From an uncultured cyanobacterium (GTDB lineage: Bacteria; Cyanobacteriota; Cyanobacteriia; Cyanobacteriales; CAWCAG01): 64,000 nt of DNA. Position numbers and translations under genes: made by a program. Position 1 is the stretch's first letter. Each line of letters starts with the position of its first letter. The notes under the pieces are model-generated. The model was not told the origin of the DNA and ran no database searches. It saw only the letters and a list, made by a program, of their open reading frames with translations. The stretch lies in the NCBI GenBank assembly GCA_963803805.1, contig CAWDOD010000001.1, forward strand, positions 95,975 through 159,974. Direction: 5' to 3'. Shown here in pieces: positions 20,074 to 30,620 of this stretch.

Positions 20074-20421
20074 ATGAATAGCAACGACGATAACCCCTTT
20101 GTCAATGGTAATTGTCCCTATGGAGGGAATTGCATTGACAATGCTTCACCTCCTGATTGCGCCATCAATAACTACTGCTTTAACTTTAAGTCTCCCCAGG
20201 AGAAAACAGACTGGGAAAAAGACTACTTAAGCTATTCGTATTATGCCTCTTACGGCGGATTCAAATTTGGAGGTAGCACTCCAGAGGAATCCCAAGATAA
20301 AGCTTATAGCTACTATAAGTCAAGCACTCCAGTAAGTGAAAGAGATGGAGAGCCAGAGATCAAAGTGTTCACAAGTGAAGGTAAGCAAATTGAAAAAAAG
20401 GTAATTTGGGGAAGAGACTAA
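20074..20421 (+). CDS. Hypothetical protein with Cys-rich N-terminus
   Basis: 115-aa ORF. Confidence 0.5.
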   Translation: MNSNDDNPFVNGNCPYGGNCIDNASPPDCAINNYCFNFKSPQEKTDWEKDYLSYSYYASYGGFKFGGSTPEESQDKAYSYYKSSTPVSERDGEPEIKVFTSEGKQIEKKVIWGRD

Positions 20422-20465
20422 ATTAGTAACTTTTCTCTTTCCTTCATCTTCATTGTGTATAAAGT

Positions 20466-20497
20466 TCAAGACACCGGATATTCCTCCGGTGTCTTGA
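20466..20497. terminator. 13-bp hairpin between convergent genes
   Basis: TCAAGACACCGGA-N6-TCCGGTGTCTTGA. Confidence 0.7.
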
Positions 20498-20521
20498 TTT
20501 GATAGTAAGTTTGTAGATTAA

Positions 20522-21511
20522 TCAGCTAGGGCCGTCACTTTCTCCGTAGGCTCCTAATGGTAGTTCCCAGTTGTCAACTTTGATGTCGTAGTGAAGATCC
20601 CAATCAGGATCTCTTAGCTCTTTGATTATTTCTGGTGTTAGTCCGGCATAGGGTATTCCAGAATTTGCGATCGCAGCAATACTGGTTTTTACTCCTTTGC
20701 TACTAGGTGGTTTGATAGTTTGGCTACTTCCTTCTTCTTTCCGAGCTATTGCTTCAAAGCGCTCTGGCATTGCCTTCTTAGCACTGGCAAACTGGTTTTT
20801 ATTGCCGAAGATACAGAAGGCACAACTTAGTCTTGCAAAGCCTGCTCTGTAAGCCGGGGAAGGGTTTATTTTGTATAGTTCTATCATGAACCATACCTGT
20901 TGCTCCTTCCACTTGTGTATAGGTCGCCATCTGTCTACGTGGCGAAGTAGTTTGGGGTTATTGCGACAATCGCTTTCATGGGGTTCTAGCTCTTGGTATT
21001 TAGCTCTTGCAGTAGATTCTTCGGCTCTTTCTCCAGAGATTACTAGGGTTCTGGAGTTATTAAATCTAGGTTGGTTGACGATTGCAGTCTTAGCAACACA
21101 TATCTTCAGGATAGCGCTGCACCATCTTCCTTTGTTGATATTTCCTAGAGCAGGGAAGATACCGCGAGTTAGCCCCTTGCCTCTATTACCTCCTGCTTTT
21201 GTAAGCCCTATGGGAGTCTCGAAGTAGGTAGGTAGGCTTTTTTCATTATTTCTCTCTAATTCTCTTTTAAATCCCCCTTCTTTCCAGGAGAAGTAGATGG
21301 GGATATCGAAGTGCTTGGCTACCGCTCTACAGTAGCCTATGGCATGGGGCCAATCCATAAACTCCTCAGACTTACCATCGACAAGGTGATGCCAAATTTC
21401 TATTTTCTCCTTGGGAACTCCCAGGAATAGCAGGTATAGAAGGGATGCAAGGCTATCTTTGCCCCCTGAGAAGAATACTATGTAGCGGTCGTAGTTTAGA
21501 TAGTCTTGCAT
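20522..21511 (-). CDS. PAPS-reductase-like (PP-loop) protein of the plasmid/phage type
   Basis: FSGGKDS, GERAEESTARA, RLSCAFCIF. Confidence 0.85.
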   Translation of the reverse strand: MQDYLNYDRYIVFFSGGKDSLASLLYLLFLGVPKEKIEIWHHLVDGKSEEFMDWPHAIGYCRAVAKHFDIPIYFSWKEGGFKRELERNNEKSLPTYFETPIGLTKAGGNRGKGLTRGIFPALGNINKGRWCSAILKICVAKTAIVNQPRFNNSRTLVISGERAEESTARAKYQELEPHESDCRNNPKLLRHVDRWRPIHKWKEQQVWFMIELYKINPSPAYRAGFARLSCAFCIFGNKNQFASAKKAMPERFEAIARKEEGSSQTIKPPSSKGVKTSIAAIANSGIPYAGLTPEIIKELRDPDWDLHYDIKVDNWELPLGAYGESDGPS

Positions 21512-21735
21512 TTGTTACAAAGCTGAATGTTGTTTTTATATGCAATTTGTTGCGTATAGCTATGTTATAGTATATGATTGAGAAATGCAAGGTTTTTTCG
21601 CTTTTTTCTGAAACTGTTGCAATTACTACAATATAGATAAGGCAGGAGTTTGCATAGAATATTAATCTTGGTATTGCACGAATATTTCATGGTAGGATAC
21701 AAGTGCAATGAGCAGTTGTCCATCTAGAAGAAATT

Positions 21736-22488
21736 ATGAGTATTATCAAACAGATTGTAGGTGAAGAAGCTTACAACAATGCTCCTGATGACAATGTTTG
21801 GGAAGAGGAGAAAACAAGTCAGCAGGAGAGAGTGGAGGAATTGCAGTTGGAGTTGTTTAAATTTTTACCACCCACATTGTCTAAAGATTTACCTGGAAAG
21901 CAAGCCTTAAGCAATGCTCCGTTGTTTAAGGATTTACCTACTGCAAGGTATTCCTGCATTGTTGTAGATCCGCCTTGGTTCTACAGGCTAAGGAATAAAG
22001 ATAAAAGTCACCGTAATAAAATACCTTATCCACCAATGGCTATTGAGGATATTCTCAAGCTACCAGTCCCTGATCTCTGTAGCGAACAGGGGACAGTACT
22101 TTGGTTATGGTTTACTAACAACCATATGATTGAAGCTGGACGTTGTATAGAGGAGTGGGGATTCACTCTCAAAACTATACTCACTTGGGAAAAAATTTCC
22201 CAGTCTGGTAAAACCCGAATAGGGACGGGTCATTGGCTAAGGAATGCTACAGAGCATTGTGTTTTAGCAACCAAGGGTAAAGTTCCCAGTTTTTCTCACC
22301 TCCGGAAGCTGACTAATCAGCCGACGATCCTACACGCTCTAAGACGTGAGCATTCTAGGAAACCAGAGAAGTTTTTTACTTTAGTCGAGGGACTTTGTGA
22401 AGGGCCAAGACTGGAAATGTTTGCTAGGGAGAAGCGTCCAGGGTGGGATGCTTGGGGGAATGAAACGGAGAAATTTGAATGCCTATAA
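21736..22488 (+). CDS. MT-A70 family adenine methyltransferase
   Basis: VVDPPW, LWLWFTN, EHSRKP, LEMFAR, GWDAWGNE. Confidence 0.92.
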   Translation: MSIIKQIVGEEAYNNAPDDNVWEEEKTSQQERVEELQLELFKFLPPTLSKDLPGKQALSNAPLFKDLPTARYSCIVVDPPWFYRLRNKDKSHRNKIPYPPMAIEDILKLPVPDLCSEQGTVLWLWFTNNHMIEAGRCIEEWGFTLKTILTWEKISQSGKTRIGTGHWLRNATEHCVLATKGKVPSFSHLRKLTNQPTILHALRREHSRKPEKFFTLVEGLCEGPRLEMFAREKRPGWDAWGNETEKFECL

Positions 22489-22910
22489 TCATTAGAAAAT
22501 ATAACCCAACACTTTTAAATACTCCTGGAGTAATTTATTGTGCTAGGAAGAGTCAGGATTTAGGTTTAGGAAATCCTTTTTCTCATTTAAAAAATAGTAG
22601 AGCCAAGTTTCAGGTTAATACTTTAGAGGAATCTCTTAAGGAATATAGGAGATGGTTGTGGAAGCTTATCAAGTTTTTTGAAGGTGGGCAAGTACAACTA
22701 GAAAGCTGGGAGCAGTTATATTTGAATAGAGTTGTCAACTTAGCGAAGGAAATTAGAGAAGGCAAAGTTGATACTTTGGTTTGTTTTTGCGTTAACAAAA
22801 GCAACTATAATTACGATAAGTATTCTGTTAAACAATGCCATACAGAAATACTGTATGGAGCTTGCTGTTACTTACAACGTAAAGGAGATGAAATAAAGTT
22901 AGACAAGTAA
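22479..22910 (+). CDS. DUF4326 protein
   Basis: LGNPF, YRRWL, LVCFC, CHTEIL. Confidence 0.7.
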   Translation: MPIIIRKYNPTLLNTPGVIYCARKSQDLGLGNPFSHLKNSRAKFQVNTLEESLKEYRRWLWKLIKFFEGGQVQLESWEQLYLNRVVNLAKEIREGKVDTLVCFCVNKSNYNYDKYSVKQCHTEILYGACCYLQRKGDEIKLDK

Positions 22911-22972
22911 CAGAAGCATAAACAGAAAACTGATTTTTTGATAAAATTAAACAACAACTACTTACTTAGAAA

Positions 22973-23512
22973 ATGGGACATAGACTTGATAACTGGTTAC
23001 AAGAATTAAATAGTGAAGCGGCAGCAGACGAATATGATGTCTTGTGTCGCTCTTTGCGAAGGAAAAAAGGCTTTGGTCTATTTTTTGTGCAGTGTAACTC
23101 AGAGGAAAGAAAAAGCATTGAAGAAAGCTTGCATCTAGATATTCAGGATAAAGAAATTGCTGTTTTAAACCTTACTAAACCTATTAATAGCCTCTATGAT
23201 GAAGTTGAAGCAGTTTCTGGTATAGATGAAGCTAATATCTTGTTCATTTCTGGATTAGAATATTCTTTTTGTGAATATGAAAAATCTGTTTATGAAGGTA
23301 GCTTTTCTGATGGTAAGAAGGAGCTTTCTCACGATTGGCGAGGTGTTCCTCGCTTTCTAGGTCATCTGAACTTACAAAGGGATAGATTTCGAGAAGACTT
23401 TGATCTTTCTTTTGTTTTCTTTCTTGACCCTTCTAGCATTGACTATTTTATTAGACGCGCTCCTGATTTATTTGATTGGAGAAATGGTCTTTATCGGTTT
23501 GGTTCTACTTAG
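22973..23512 (+). CDS. Stand-alone N-terminal domain typical of cyanobacterial TPR proteins (inactive STAND-like)
   Basis: GFGLFFVQC...HLNLQRDRF...RRAPDLFDWRNG; no TPRs follow. Confidence 0.5.
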   Translation: MGHRLDNWLQELNSEAAADEYDVLCRSLRRKKGFGLFFVQCNSEERKSIEESLHLDIQDKEIAVLNLTKPINSLYDEVEAVSGIDEANILFISGLEYSFCEYEKSVYEGSFSDGKKELSHDWRGVPRFLGHLNLQRDRFREDFDLSFVFFLDPSSIDYFIRRAPDLFDWRNGLYRFGST

Positions 23513-23543
23513 AATATTTCATTTTTTGTCAAGGTCTAGGTAA

Positions 23544-24059
23544 TTGAAATCATTTTTCTTTGATGAGACTATGACTTTAAAGGTACTTTTACTATCAGTG
23601 CATCCAGAACATTCAAATAATATATTTAATGGCTCTAAGTCAGTTGAGTTGAGGCGCACTAAACCCAAACTTGAAGAAAGAGATATTATAATTGTTTACG
23701 CTTCTTCTCCTAAGAAATCGATTGTTGGTATTGTAACTGTAAAAGAAGTTGTTAGAAAGCCAGTAGAGCAGCTTTGGTTAGATGTTGAAGATAAAGCTGG
23801 TATTTCTTATGAGAAATTCACGAATTATTTTTCTGGACGTTCTACTGGTTGTGGTATTTTTTTGCATAAAAGGTTTCGATGTCTACAGACTATTAGCCTT
23901 GAAGAATTACGCCAAAACTGGGATAACTTTCATCCTCCCCAAAGTTATCGTTATTTGAAACCGGATGAGATAGAAATTTTTAAGGAGAAGTTTGATTGTG
24001 ATGTTTACAAAATTTGTCAGCAGAGCCAAACTTTTTTGAGTTCTACTCAAAGCAAATGA
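23544..24059 (+). CDS. ASCH domain protein
   Basis: LLSVHP...IFNGSKSVELRR...YASSP...PPQSYRY. Confidence 0.85.
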   Translation: MKSFFFDETMTLKVLLLSVHPEHSNNIFNGSKSVELRRTKPKLEERDIIIVYASSPKKSIVGIVTVKEVVRKPVEQLWLDVEDKAGISYEKFTNYFSGRSTGCGIFLHKRFRCLQTISLEELRQNWDNFHPPQSYRYLKPDEIEIFKEKFDCDVYKICQQSQTFLSSTQSK

Positions 24060-24143
24060 AAAGTCAGATGTAGTTAGATTTTCACGGAAATACTCGGTTT
24101 AAGTCTAATATGCGATCGCTAACCTTCCAAGTTATGTTTAAAC

Positions 24144-24881
24144 TTAAGGCAGAGATTCACAAGCAATACCATCTTGATCACGATCTAGCTGGTGAGGGTC
24201 GCTGGGGTCAGAATCTAGTAGGGACTGCGCTTCTGCTTTGCTACCGAAGTCGGAACAGTTATAGTCGTTGTTAGGGTTAGATTCTACTGTTGAATCTGGA
24301 ATCGTTTTATCTTCTGTGTTAGATTTTTGCTTGCGAAAGTCCCAAGGCATAGTGGGATTATCTTGATTCCAAAAAGCAAGTTTTTGCTCTTGGGCTTTAG
24401 TCTCAGCGTCCAAATAGAGTTGTTGAGTATCGCTGCAACTATTAAGGTACTGTCGATAAACGACTGCCTGCCCTTCTTCAACCATTTGCAGGTTAATAGA
24501 CTTAGTACCAACATAAACTTCAGCTACGGTACGACCATAGCGGTCTTGTTCTATTTCTCGTAGTTTTACAACTTGTCCTTTGGGTAAAAGTTCTTGGAGC
24601 CTATCTCGTGATTGACTTCCCCAAGGAGACTGGGTAGTTTCAGGAGCATCTATACAAGCGAGTCTTATGGTCGTATTTTCCCCTTCGAGATTAACTCGGA
24701 GGGTATCTCCATCTCCAGTGCTGATTACTGTAGCTTCGAGTAGATTAGATGTCTCTAAAGGTAAGGGGCTTTGTGAGGGTTGTGGGGGGTTTTGCTCTTG
24801 GGATGTATTTGTAGAGTTGCTTGAAGACTGACATCCAAGCATAAGTAAAAGAAGTGGTAAGAGCAAAAAAGTTTTTCTCAT
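24144..24881 (-). CDS. Thermonuclease (SNase) lipoprotein with Excalibur Ca-binding domain
   Basis: Lipobox [28 protein letters not shown]...[11 protein letters not shown]. Confidence 0.9.
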   Translation of the reverse strand: MRKTFLLLPLLLLMLGCQSSSNSTNTSQEQNPPQPSQSPLPLETSNLLEATVISTGDGDTLRVNLEGENTTIRLACIDAPETTQSPWGSQSRDRLQELLPKGQVVKLREIEQDRYGRTVAEVYVGTKSINLQMVEEGQAVVYRQYLNSCSDTQQLYLDAETKAQEQKLAFWNQDNPTMPWDFRKQKSNTEDKTIPDSTVESNPNNDYNCSDFGSKAEAQSLLDSDPSDPHQLDRDQDGIACESLP

Positions 24882-25150
24882 AAGGTTAACTGTAGTCAGA
24901 ATCTTCTTTTGGGGTGAAGGAAAAATTACCCCACCTCCTTTATTATTTCATCAAAAGCTTCACGTACAAGGCATCAAAGGTTTGGGCTGGTTTGATAACT
25001 GTAACTAATTCAGCAAGACAGCGATCGCAACTCTTGTGTGAATTAGTAAAGGTGTTTTCGCAGAAGAATCTTGCCCTACCAGGGTGTAGTTGTGTAAGCT
25101 CATTTTCTCAACCAAGACATTAAGATACTTTCAACTAAAGCGAAGACTTC

Positions 25151-25363
25151 TCAAATAAGCAGCTGCTGGCAAGGAATATTATCTGCAATGGTAGATGTTA
25201 CATAAGCATCTTTTATAAGAATGCTGTCTTCTGGTGAAGCATCAAACTCGATTGAACTGCCAGGTGAAAGAAATCTTTCTAAGCCAACAATCACAACGAT
25301 CTGAAAAGCATTCGTAGTGTTTTCATAGCGGCAACGTAATTGTTCCATTGTGCTATCCCTCAT
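25151..25363 (-). CDS. DUF1830-like small protein
   Basis: CRYENTTNAFQIV...ERFLSPG...ADNIPCQQL. Confidence 0.6.
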   Translation of the reverse strand: MRDSTMEQLRCRYENTTNAFQIVVIVGLERFLSPGSSIEFDASPEDSILIKDAYVTSTIADNIPCQQLLI

Positions 25364-25590
25364 AAGTAAGGTTAAATGACATTACATTTATCCTCACTCA
25401 TTGCTGTAGCACTTACTGCTTTAGTTGCTTTAGGACTTAGACGATGCTGTTTAGGCTAACAAGTCTGACTTTCTTCTACTGTCTGACTTAGTGTCTGTCT
25501 TTATTCTTGCCCGCCTGACTTACACAGAGATTGTTAATATCGAGAAAAAATCTAGTAACATTAAACGAACAACATTTGGATGCTTAAGAT

Positions 25591-28500
25591 ATGAGCCGCT
25601 CTGTCTGTATTAAGTCTGAATTCATCGCAAAAGTTAAAAATGCACTTAAGCACAGAAATCTGAGTCAGAAGGCATTGGCAGATCATCTTTTATTTTGTCG
25701 CTCTACAGTGAATAAATTTTGCAATGGCAAAGCAGTAGACCGCAGCAAGGCCCAGGAAATTTGCTTTAGATTAGAATTAGACTTGGAAGAAATAACAGGT
25801 TATTCCCATCCAATACCAGGCATTAAAAGAAGAGTGGACTGGGGAAAGGCAATAGATACGTCTGATCTCTCTGCACGAGAAGAAGAACTAAATGTACTGG
25901 AGCAGAGAATTGTTGAGGATAACTGTAGGGTAGTTCTAATTGAAGGAATGCAAGGGATGGGCAAAACAAATCTCTCCTATCGATTAGGTAAGCAGATCCA
26001 ACAGCATTTTGATTTTATTATTTGGAGATCACTAGATGACTATGCTTCTTCTGAAGAATTATTCGCCGATTTACTTGAATTTTTTACCGCAGGAGAGCCA
26101 GGAGAAGAATCTTTAGTGAGCGACGAAGAAAGTTGGAGAACTTTGACTTCATACTTAAAGAAATATCGTTGCTTGCTAATTTTCCCAAACACTGATTTTT
26201 TCCTACAAGATTACGCCTTACATCAAAGATATGGGAAGTTTGTGAAATGGATGATAGAAGAGCAAGGAAAAAGTTGCCTAATTATAACTAGTGATATTGA
26301 ACCTAAAGAAATCGTTCAATTAAGAGGAAATAAATTTCTTCATTGCATAAAAATAGAGCCGTTAATAGTTTCTGAAATTAAAAAGATTTTTAATGATATT
26401 GGAATTTTTAGTGGTTCTAGTGAAGATTGGATTGCATTGCAGGAAACCTACTCTGGCAATCCATTTGTTCTGAAAAATATAGCAGTTAATATTCATCAAT
26501 CATTTGGCGGAAATATAACTAATTTTATTAATTTTGCTGAAGTCGTTTTTAATGGAGTTGAAAAATTTCTTGACCTTCAAATAGGTTATCTTTCAAAAGA
26601 AGAGGAAACTTTAATGTATTGGTTGGCAATTTATCGACATCCTATAAATTTATTTGAGTTGAATGATATTGTTTCAAGTTTTTCTCGTGATCGCCTTTTA
26701 TCTACTGTCAAAAACCTCCGTCTACGCTTTTTTGTTGAATCTGATGGAGAAAGTATCCTTGTTCAACCACCCATGATTCAGGAGTTTTTCGTTAAACGAT
26801 TAATCAATCAGATTACTGAAGAAATTATTGATGAAAGACTTTCGTTATTAGATGCTTTTCCTTTATTAATTGCAGCTAAAAAAAGAACTGTGCAAAAAGA
26901 TCAAGAGAAATTTATTCTCAAGCCAATAATTGTTCGCCTTAGAAATGAATTAGGCACAGATAGACACGTTGAAACTTGCTTAAGAAAAATTCTTAGCCAG
27001 CATCAGAACTTGATGAATCAGGCTACTGGTTATGCAAATGGAAATATTGTCAATCTACTTACTCAATTAGATATTATTAGTTTCAATGGTCACAACCTCT
27101 CTAACCTAGTTATCAGAAATGCTGATTTCAGAGATGTAAATTTGCATAATGTAGATTTTTATAAGAGCGATCTTTCAGATTCCATTTTCTTGAATTCCTT
27201 TAGTAATGTCTTGTCAGTAGCCTTTAGTCCTGATGGTCAATTTCTAGCAATAGGAGATACAAATGATAATATTTATATCTGGAAATTAACTGAAGGAAAG
27301 CTTATTCTGAAACATATTTTTACCAGCCATAACTATTGGGTAAGAACCGTGGTATTTAGTCCTGATAGTAAGGTTATTGCTAGTGGTGGTGAGGATGGAA
27401 CAATTTATTTGAGAGCAATTGAGACAGGAAAAGAGCTAGTTAATTTTGATGGACATATTGATAGGGTTCGATCAGTAGCCTTCAGTTCAAATGGCCAACT
27501 TCTAGCAAGTGGTGGTGATGACAAAACAGTTAGAATTTGGGATTTAACTCGGAATGAACTTATCCATGTTTTAATAGAACATCAAGACAAAGTTAGATCA
27601 GTCGTTTTTCATCCCGTAGATAATGTCTTAATTAGTTTGAGTCAAGATAACAAAATTTGTTTATGGGCAATTAGCTCTCAATCCGTAAGATTGAAAAAAT
27701 CATTTAAACTTCAAGAAAATGGTAAGAACATCACACGCACACTTGCTATTAGTCCAGATGGAAAAATTTTAGCTAGCGGTAGTGATGATGGTGTAGTACG
27801 TTTTTGGAATCCAGAAACAGGGGCATTTATCAAAAATCTTGAACATCGTCATACTAACTGGATTAGAAGTATTGCTTTTAGTCCCAAAGGAGATCAATTA
27901 GCTAGTGCGGGCGAGGACAGATTAATTTACTTATGGAATGCTATTACAGGTGAATGCCTACATACCTTACGTGGTCATACTGGACGAGTTTGGTCTGTTG
28001 CATTTCATCCCTTTGAATCATGGCTGGCTAGCGGGGATGATAGACTAAAAGTTAAGCTTTGGCACACTGAAACGAGCGAGTGTCTAAGAGGGTTCAAAGG
28101 ATATAGTCAAGAGACAAGACCTATTACGTTTAGTCCTGATGGAGAGAATTTAGCAACTGGTAACAACTATTCGATTGTGGATTTAAAGAATAGTTCGACA
28201 GGAGAAACAAAATCATTTCTCCGGACATATAGTGGAAACATTTGGTCACTTGCATTTAGTCCAGATGCTCATAGGTTGGTAGGAGGAAGCGATGATACAA
28301 TGATTAGAATATGGGATCTTCTCCAGCCAAAAAAACCTCCTGAAACTTTGAAAGGACACGGTAATTGGGTAAGGACAGTTGCCTGTAGTAGAAATGGAAA
28401 ATTGGTTGCAAGCGGTAGTGACGACAAAACTGTGAGGTTGTGGGATGCTTACGATTCTAAGTGCTTGCATACTTTCACTGGACATACCGATTGGGTTCGT

Positions 28501-29100
28501 GCAGTCTTTTTTCATCCTAAAAATTCAGTGTTGGCAAGTGGTAGCGACGATGGAACAGTCAAACTATGGGATCTTGATTCTTATAAGTTAATTGGAACGT
28601 TAAAGGCGAATCAACACCAAATCTGGACGATATCGATTCATCCAGAGAAAGATATACTAGCTAGTGGAAGTAATGACAACACTATCAACATTTGGGATCT
28701 CCAAGAGCAACGGCTACTGATGACTCTTAAAGAGCATCGAAACTGGATTTCATCTCTCGCTTTCAGTGCTGACGGTAGATGGCTAGCAAGCGGGAGTTAT
28801 GACAGCACGATACGTCTTTGGGAGCTTTCATCAGATCAATATATTTGTCGTAAAATCCTCCAAGGACACGGAAAAGCCGTTATTTCAGTATCTTTTCATC
28901 CTAAGCAACCGAGGTTGGTAAGTACTAGTAAAGATGGCAGTATTAAGTTGTGGGATATTGAAACAGGGGATGTATTAGATACCTGGCGCTCATTAAGACC
29001 TTATGAAGGTTTAAACATTACCGAAGTTACTGGTATAACGTCAACCCAAAAATTATGTTTAAAGGCCTTAGGCGCAGTAGAGTGCAAGAGTCCTTTTTAA
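25591..29100 (+). CDS. HTH + NB-ARC/STAND + pentapeptide + WD40 protein
   Basis: XRE-like N-terminus, GMQGMGKT, about 14 WD40 repeats, terminal RPYEGLNIT. Confidence 0.9.
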   Translation: MSRSVCIKSEFIAKVKNALKHRNLSQKALADHLLFCRSTVNKFCNGKAVDRSKAQEICFRLELDLEEITGYSHPIPGIKRRVDWGKAIDTSDLSAREEELNVLEQRIVEDNCRVVLIEGMQGMGKTNLSYRLGKQIQQHFDFIIWRSLDDYASSEELFADLLEFFTAGEPGEESLVSDEESWRTLTSYLKKYRCLLIFPNTDFFLQDYALHQRYGKFVKWMIEEQGKSCLIITSDIEPKEIVQLRGNKFLHCIKIEPLIVSEIKKIFNDIGIFSGSSEDWIALQETYSGNPFVLKNIAVNIHQSFGGNITNFINFAEVVFNGVEKFLDLQIGYLSKEEETLMYWLAIYRHPINLFELNDIVSSFSRDRLLSTVKNLRLRFFVESDGESILVQPPMIQEFFVKRLINQITEEIIDERLSLLDAFPLLIAAKKRTVQKDQEKFILKPIIVRLRNELGTDRHVETCLRKILSQHQNLMNQATGYANGNIVNLLTQLDIISFNGHNLSNLVIRNADFRDVNLHNVDFYKSDLSDSIFLNSFSNVLSVAFSPDGQFLAIGDTNDNIYIWKLTEGKLILKHIFTSHNYWVRTVVFSPDSKVIASGGEDGTIYLRAIETGKELVNFDGHIDRVRSVAFSSNGQLLASGGDDKTVRIWDLTRNELIHVLIEHQDKVRSVVFHPVDNVLISLSQDNKICLWAISSQSVRLKKSFKLQENGKNITRTLAISPDGKILASGSDDGVVRFWNPETGAFIKNLEHRHTNWIRSIAFSPKGDQLASAGEDRLIYLWNAITGECLHTLRGHTGRVWSVAFHPFESWLASGDDRLKVKLWHTETSECLRGFKGYSQETRPITFSPDGENLATGNNYSIVDLKNSSTGETKSFLRTYSGNIWSLAFSPDAHRLVGGSDDTMIRIWDLLQPKKPPETLKGHGNWVRTVACSRNGKLVASGSDDKTVRLWDAYDSKCLHTFTGHTDWVRAVFFHPKNSVLASGSDDGTVKLWDLDSYKLIGTLKANQHQIWTISIHPEKDILASGSNDNTINIWDLQEQRLLMTLKEHRNWISSLAFSADGRWLASGSYDSTIRLWELSSDQYICRKILQGHGKAVISVSFHPKQPRLVSTSKDGSIKLWDIETGDVLDTWRSLRPYEGLNITEVTGITSTQKLCLKALGAVECKSPF

Positions 29101-29170
29101 ACGAAGTCCGGTTTAACTGCTCGATACTGTTACTCAAGTGAAGACAAAGAATTTTACAGTCCCCAGTTGT

Positions 29171-29608
29171 TTACTTTTCAATGTCGTCTACCCAGTTGCA
29201 ATTAGGACAGTTCCACTCATCCTTTGGTAAACAAATTCCACCAAAATCAAAACCACACTCAGGGCAAATTCCAGTGAAGAAGGGATGATTGTTTAAAATA
29301 TCTAACTGCTCTTCTCTGGTGTACTTGGGAGTGTGTAAGATTAACTCGCCATTGTAGTAACTAGCCCCTTGAGGTTCCCATAGTTCATCTGATTTTTCTA
29401 GCTCTGGGTTTGGTTTAAAGTCTGAGCAGCTATTTTCCTCAATGCCATAAGGATGTATGGCGCAAACGATGTGGGGGTTTCTAGAATAAAACAAGCAGCG
29501 ATCGCAATCTGAAATTTTGCCCATTTGAGTATTAAGGTAGATTTTAGAACAAATTCTTTCGGAATTAGTATTGACTAAAAAGGTACAAAAAATGGCTTTT
29601 GTTTCCAA
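29171..29608 (-). CDS. DUF6464-like Cys-rich protein
   Basis: CDRCLFYSRNPHIVCAIHPYG; CPEC...CPNC. Confidence 0.6.
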   Translation of the reverse strand: METKAIFCTFLVNTNSERICSKIYLNTQMGKISDCDRCLFYSRNPHIVCAIHPYGIEENSCSDFKPNPELEKSDELWEPQGASYYNGELILHTPKYTREEQLDILNNHPFFTGICPECGFDFGGICLPKDEWNCPNCNWVDDIEK

Positions 29609-30217
29609 ATATACTTGCTAATGGGAATGTTATCGAGGATTTCAGTGCCATCGACAACACGGAAAACTTTGCCTCTACCTTTTTTGAGAAATTCCTGGGG
29701 CAAGACAAATCTTTCTCGAAACAGGAATATAAGAATAAACAGCTTCCTGCCTTGTCTGAGGGCTGCTTTAGCTTGAATCAAACTACCGCTCGTATCGGAA
29801 GCCTCCACGATCACCGTCGCTTGACATAGTTTTATTGCGCTCTGGGAAAAATCCTCGATTACTTCTGTAATCTCGTTGAGAATAAAAGTAAAAAGGCACT
29901 TGGCTAACGAGAAGATGAGTTTGAGATATTTTCTGTTGCAACTGGCGATTTGAGCGAGGGTAGTACTCATTAAGGGGAGTTCCTATAACTCCTATAGTTC
30001 TACCCCCAGCTTCAAGAGCAGCTAGATGTGCAGCAGTATCTATACCTTCTGCCAAGCCGCTCATAACTGTAATGTTGTTATTAACAAGTAAACGTGCTAA
30101 CTTCTTAGCTCGTCTTAAGCCTTCAGGAGATGCTTTACGGGCCCCCACCACCGAAACAATCTTAGTGTGGAGTAGATCGAGAATTCCTTGATAGTTTAGC
30201 AAAGCTGATTCCTCCAC
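29575..30217 (-). pseudogene. dprA: DprA/SMF protein, frameshifted near 29825
   Basis: VVGAR, SGLAEGIDTAAH, FPERNKTMS in one frame; ATVIVEASDTSGSL in another. Confidence 0.8.
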
Positions 30218-30620
30218 TATTCATAGCTTTTGTGCTTGAGTCTAACAGGAGTATAGCTTTCAAGAGTTAGATTAATTAATCTGCGATCGCATGATTAATC
30301 ATTATAAGAATGCGTAGACAAAGCCTGTCATAGGCATGGCTAACAGCTAATAGCTAATAGTATATAAATACCAACTTCCTTTGCTCTTTCTAATTAGTCG
30401 TGAGAATTCATCTTCTTTGTACTAATTTTTCTGTCTCCCTACTAGAAATAACACTCTCCCTCCTTTATTTACTCACTTTCTAACTTTAAACCTGGAAAAG
30501 ATTTTTTTGTAAAGGAATGTTGCAGAAAAGGCAAAGCTTAAAATCTCCCAGTTCCCTAATTTGTGAAAATACTCATGAAGTTAGACAATAAAGCCAGCAT
30601 GAATTACGGAAGTAACTTTC

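Noticed and set aside
12449-21511. Complete Ssp/Dnd phosphorothioation or BREX system
   Set aside because: DUF4007 and PAPS-reductase-like genes are 7 kb apart on opposite strands, and the ATPase, desulfurase and effector genes are absent
24056-24070. 15-nt match (ATGAAAAGTCAGATG) to the reverse complement of array 2 spacer 2
   Set aside because: Flanks do not match and the sequence is AT-rich, so it is probably chance; no convincing self-targeting spacer was found by eye
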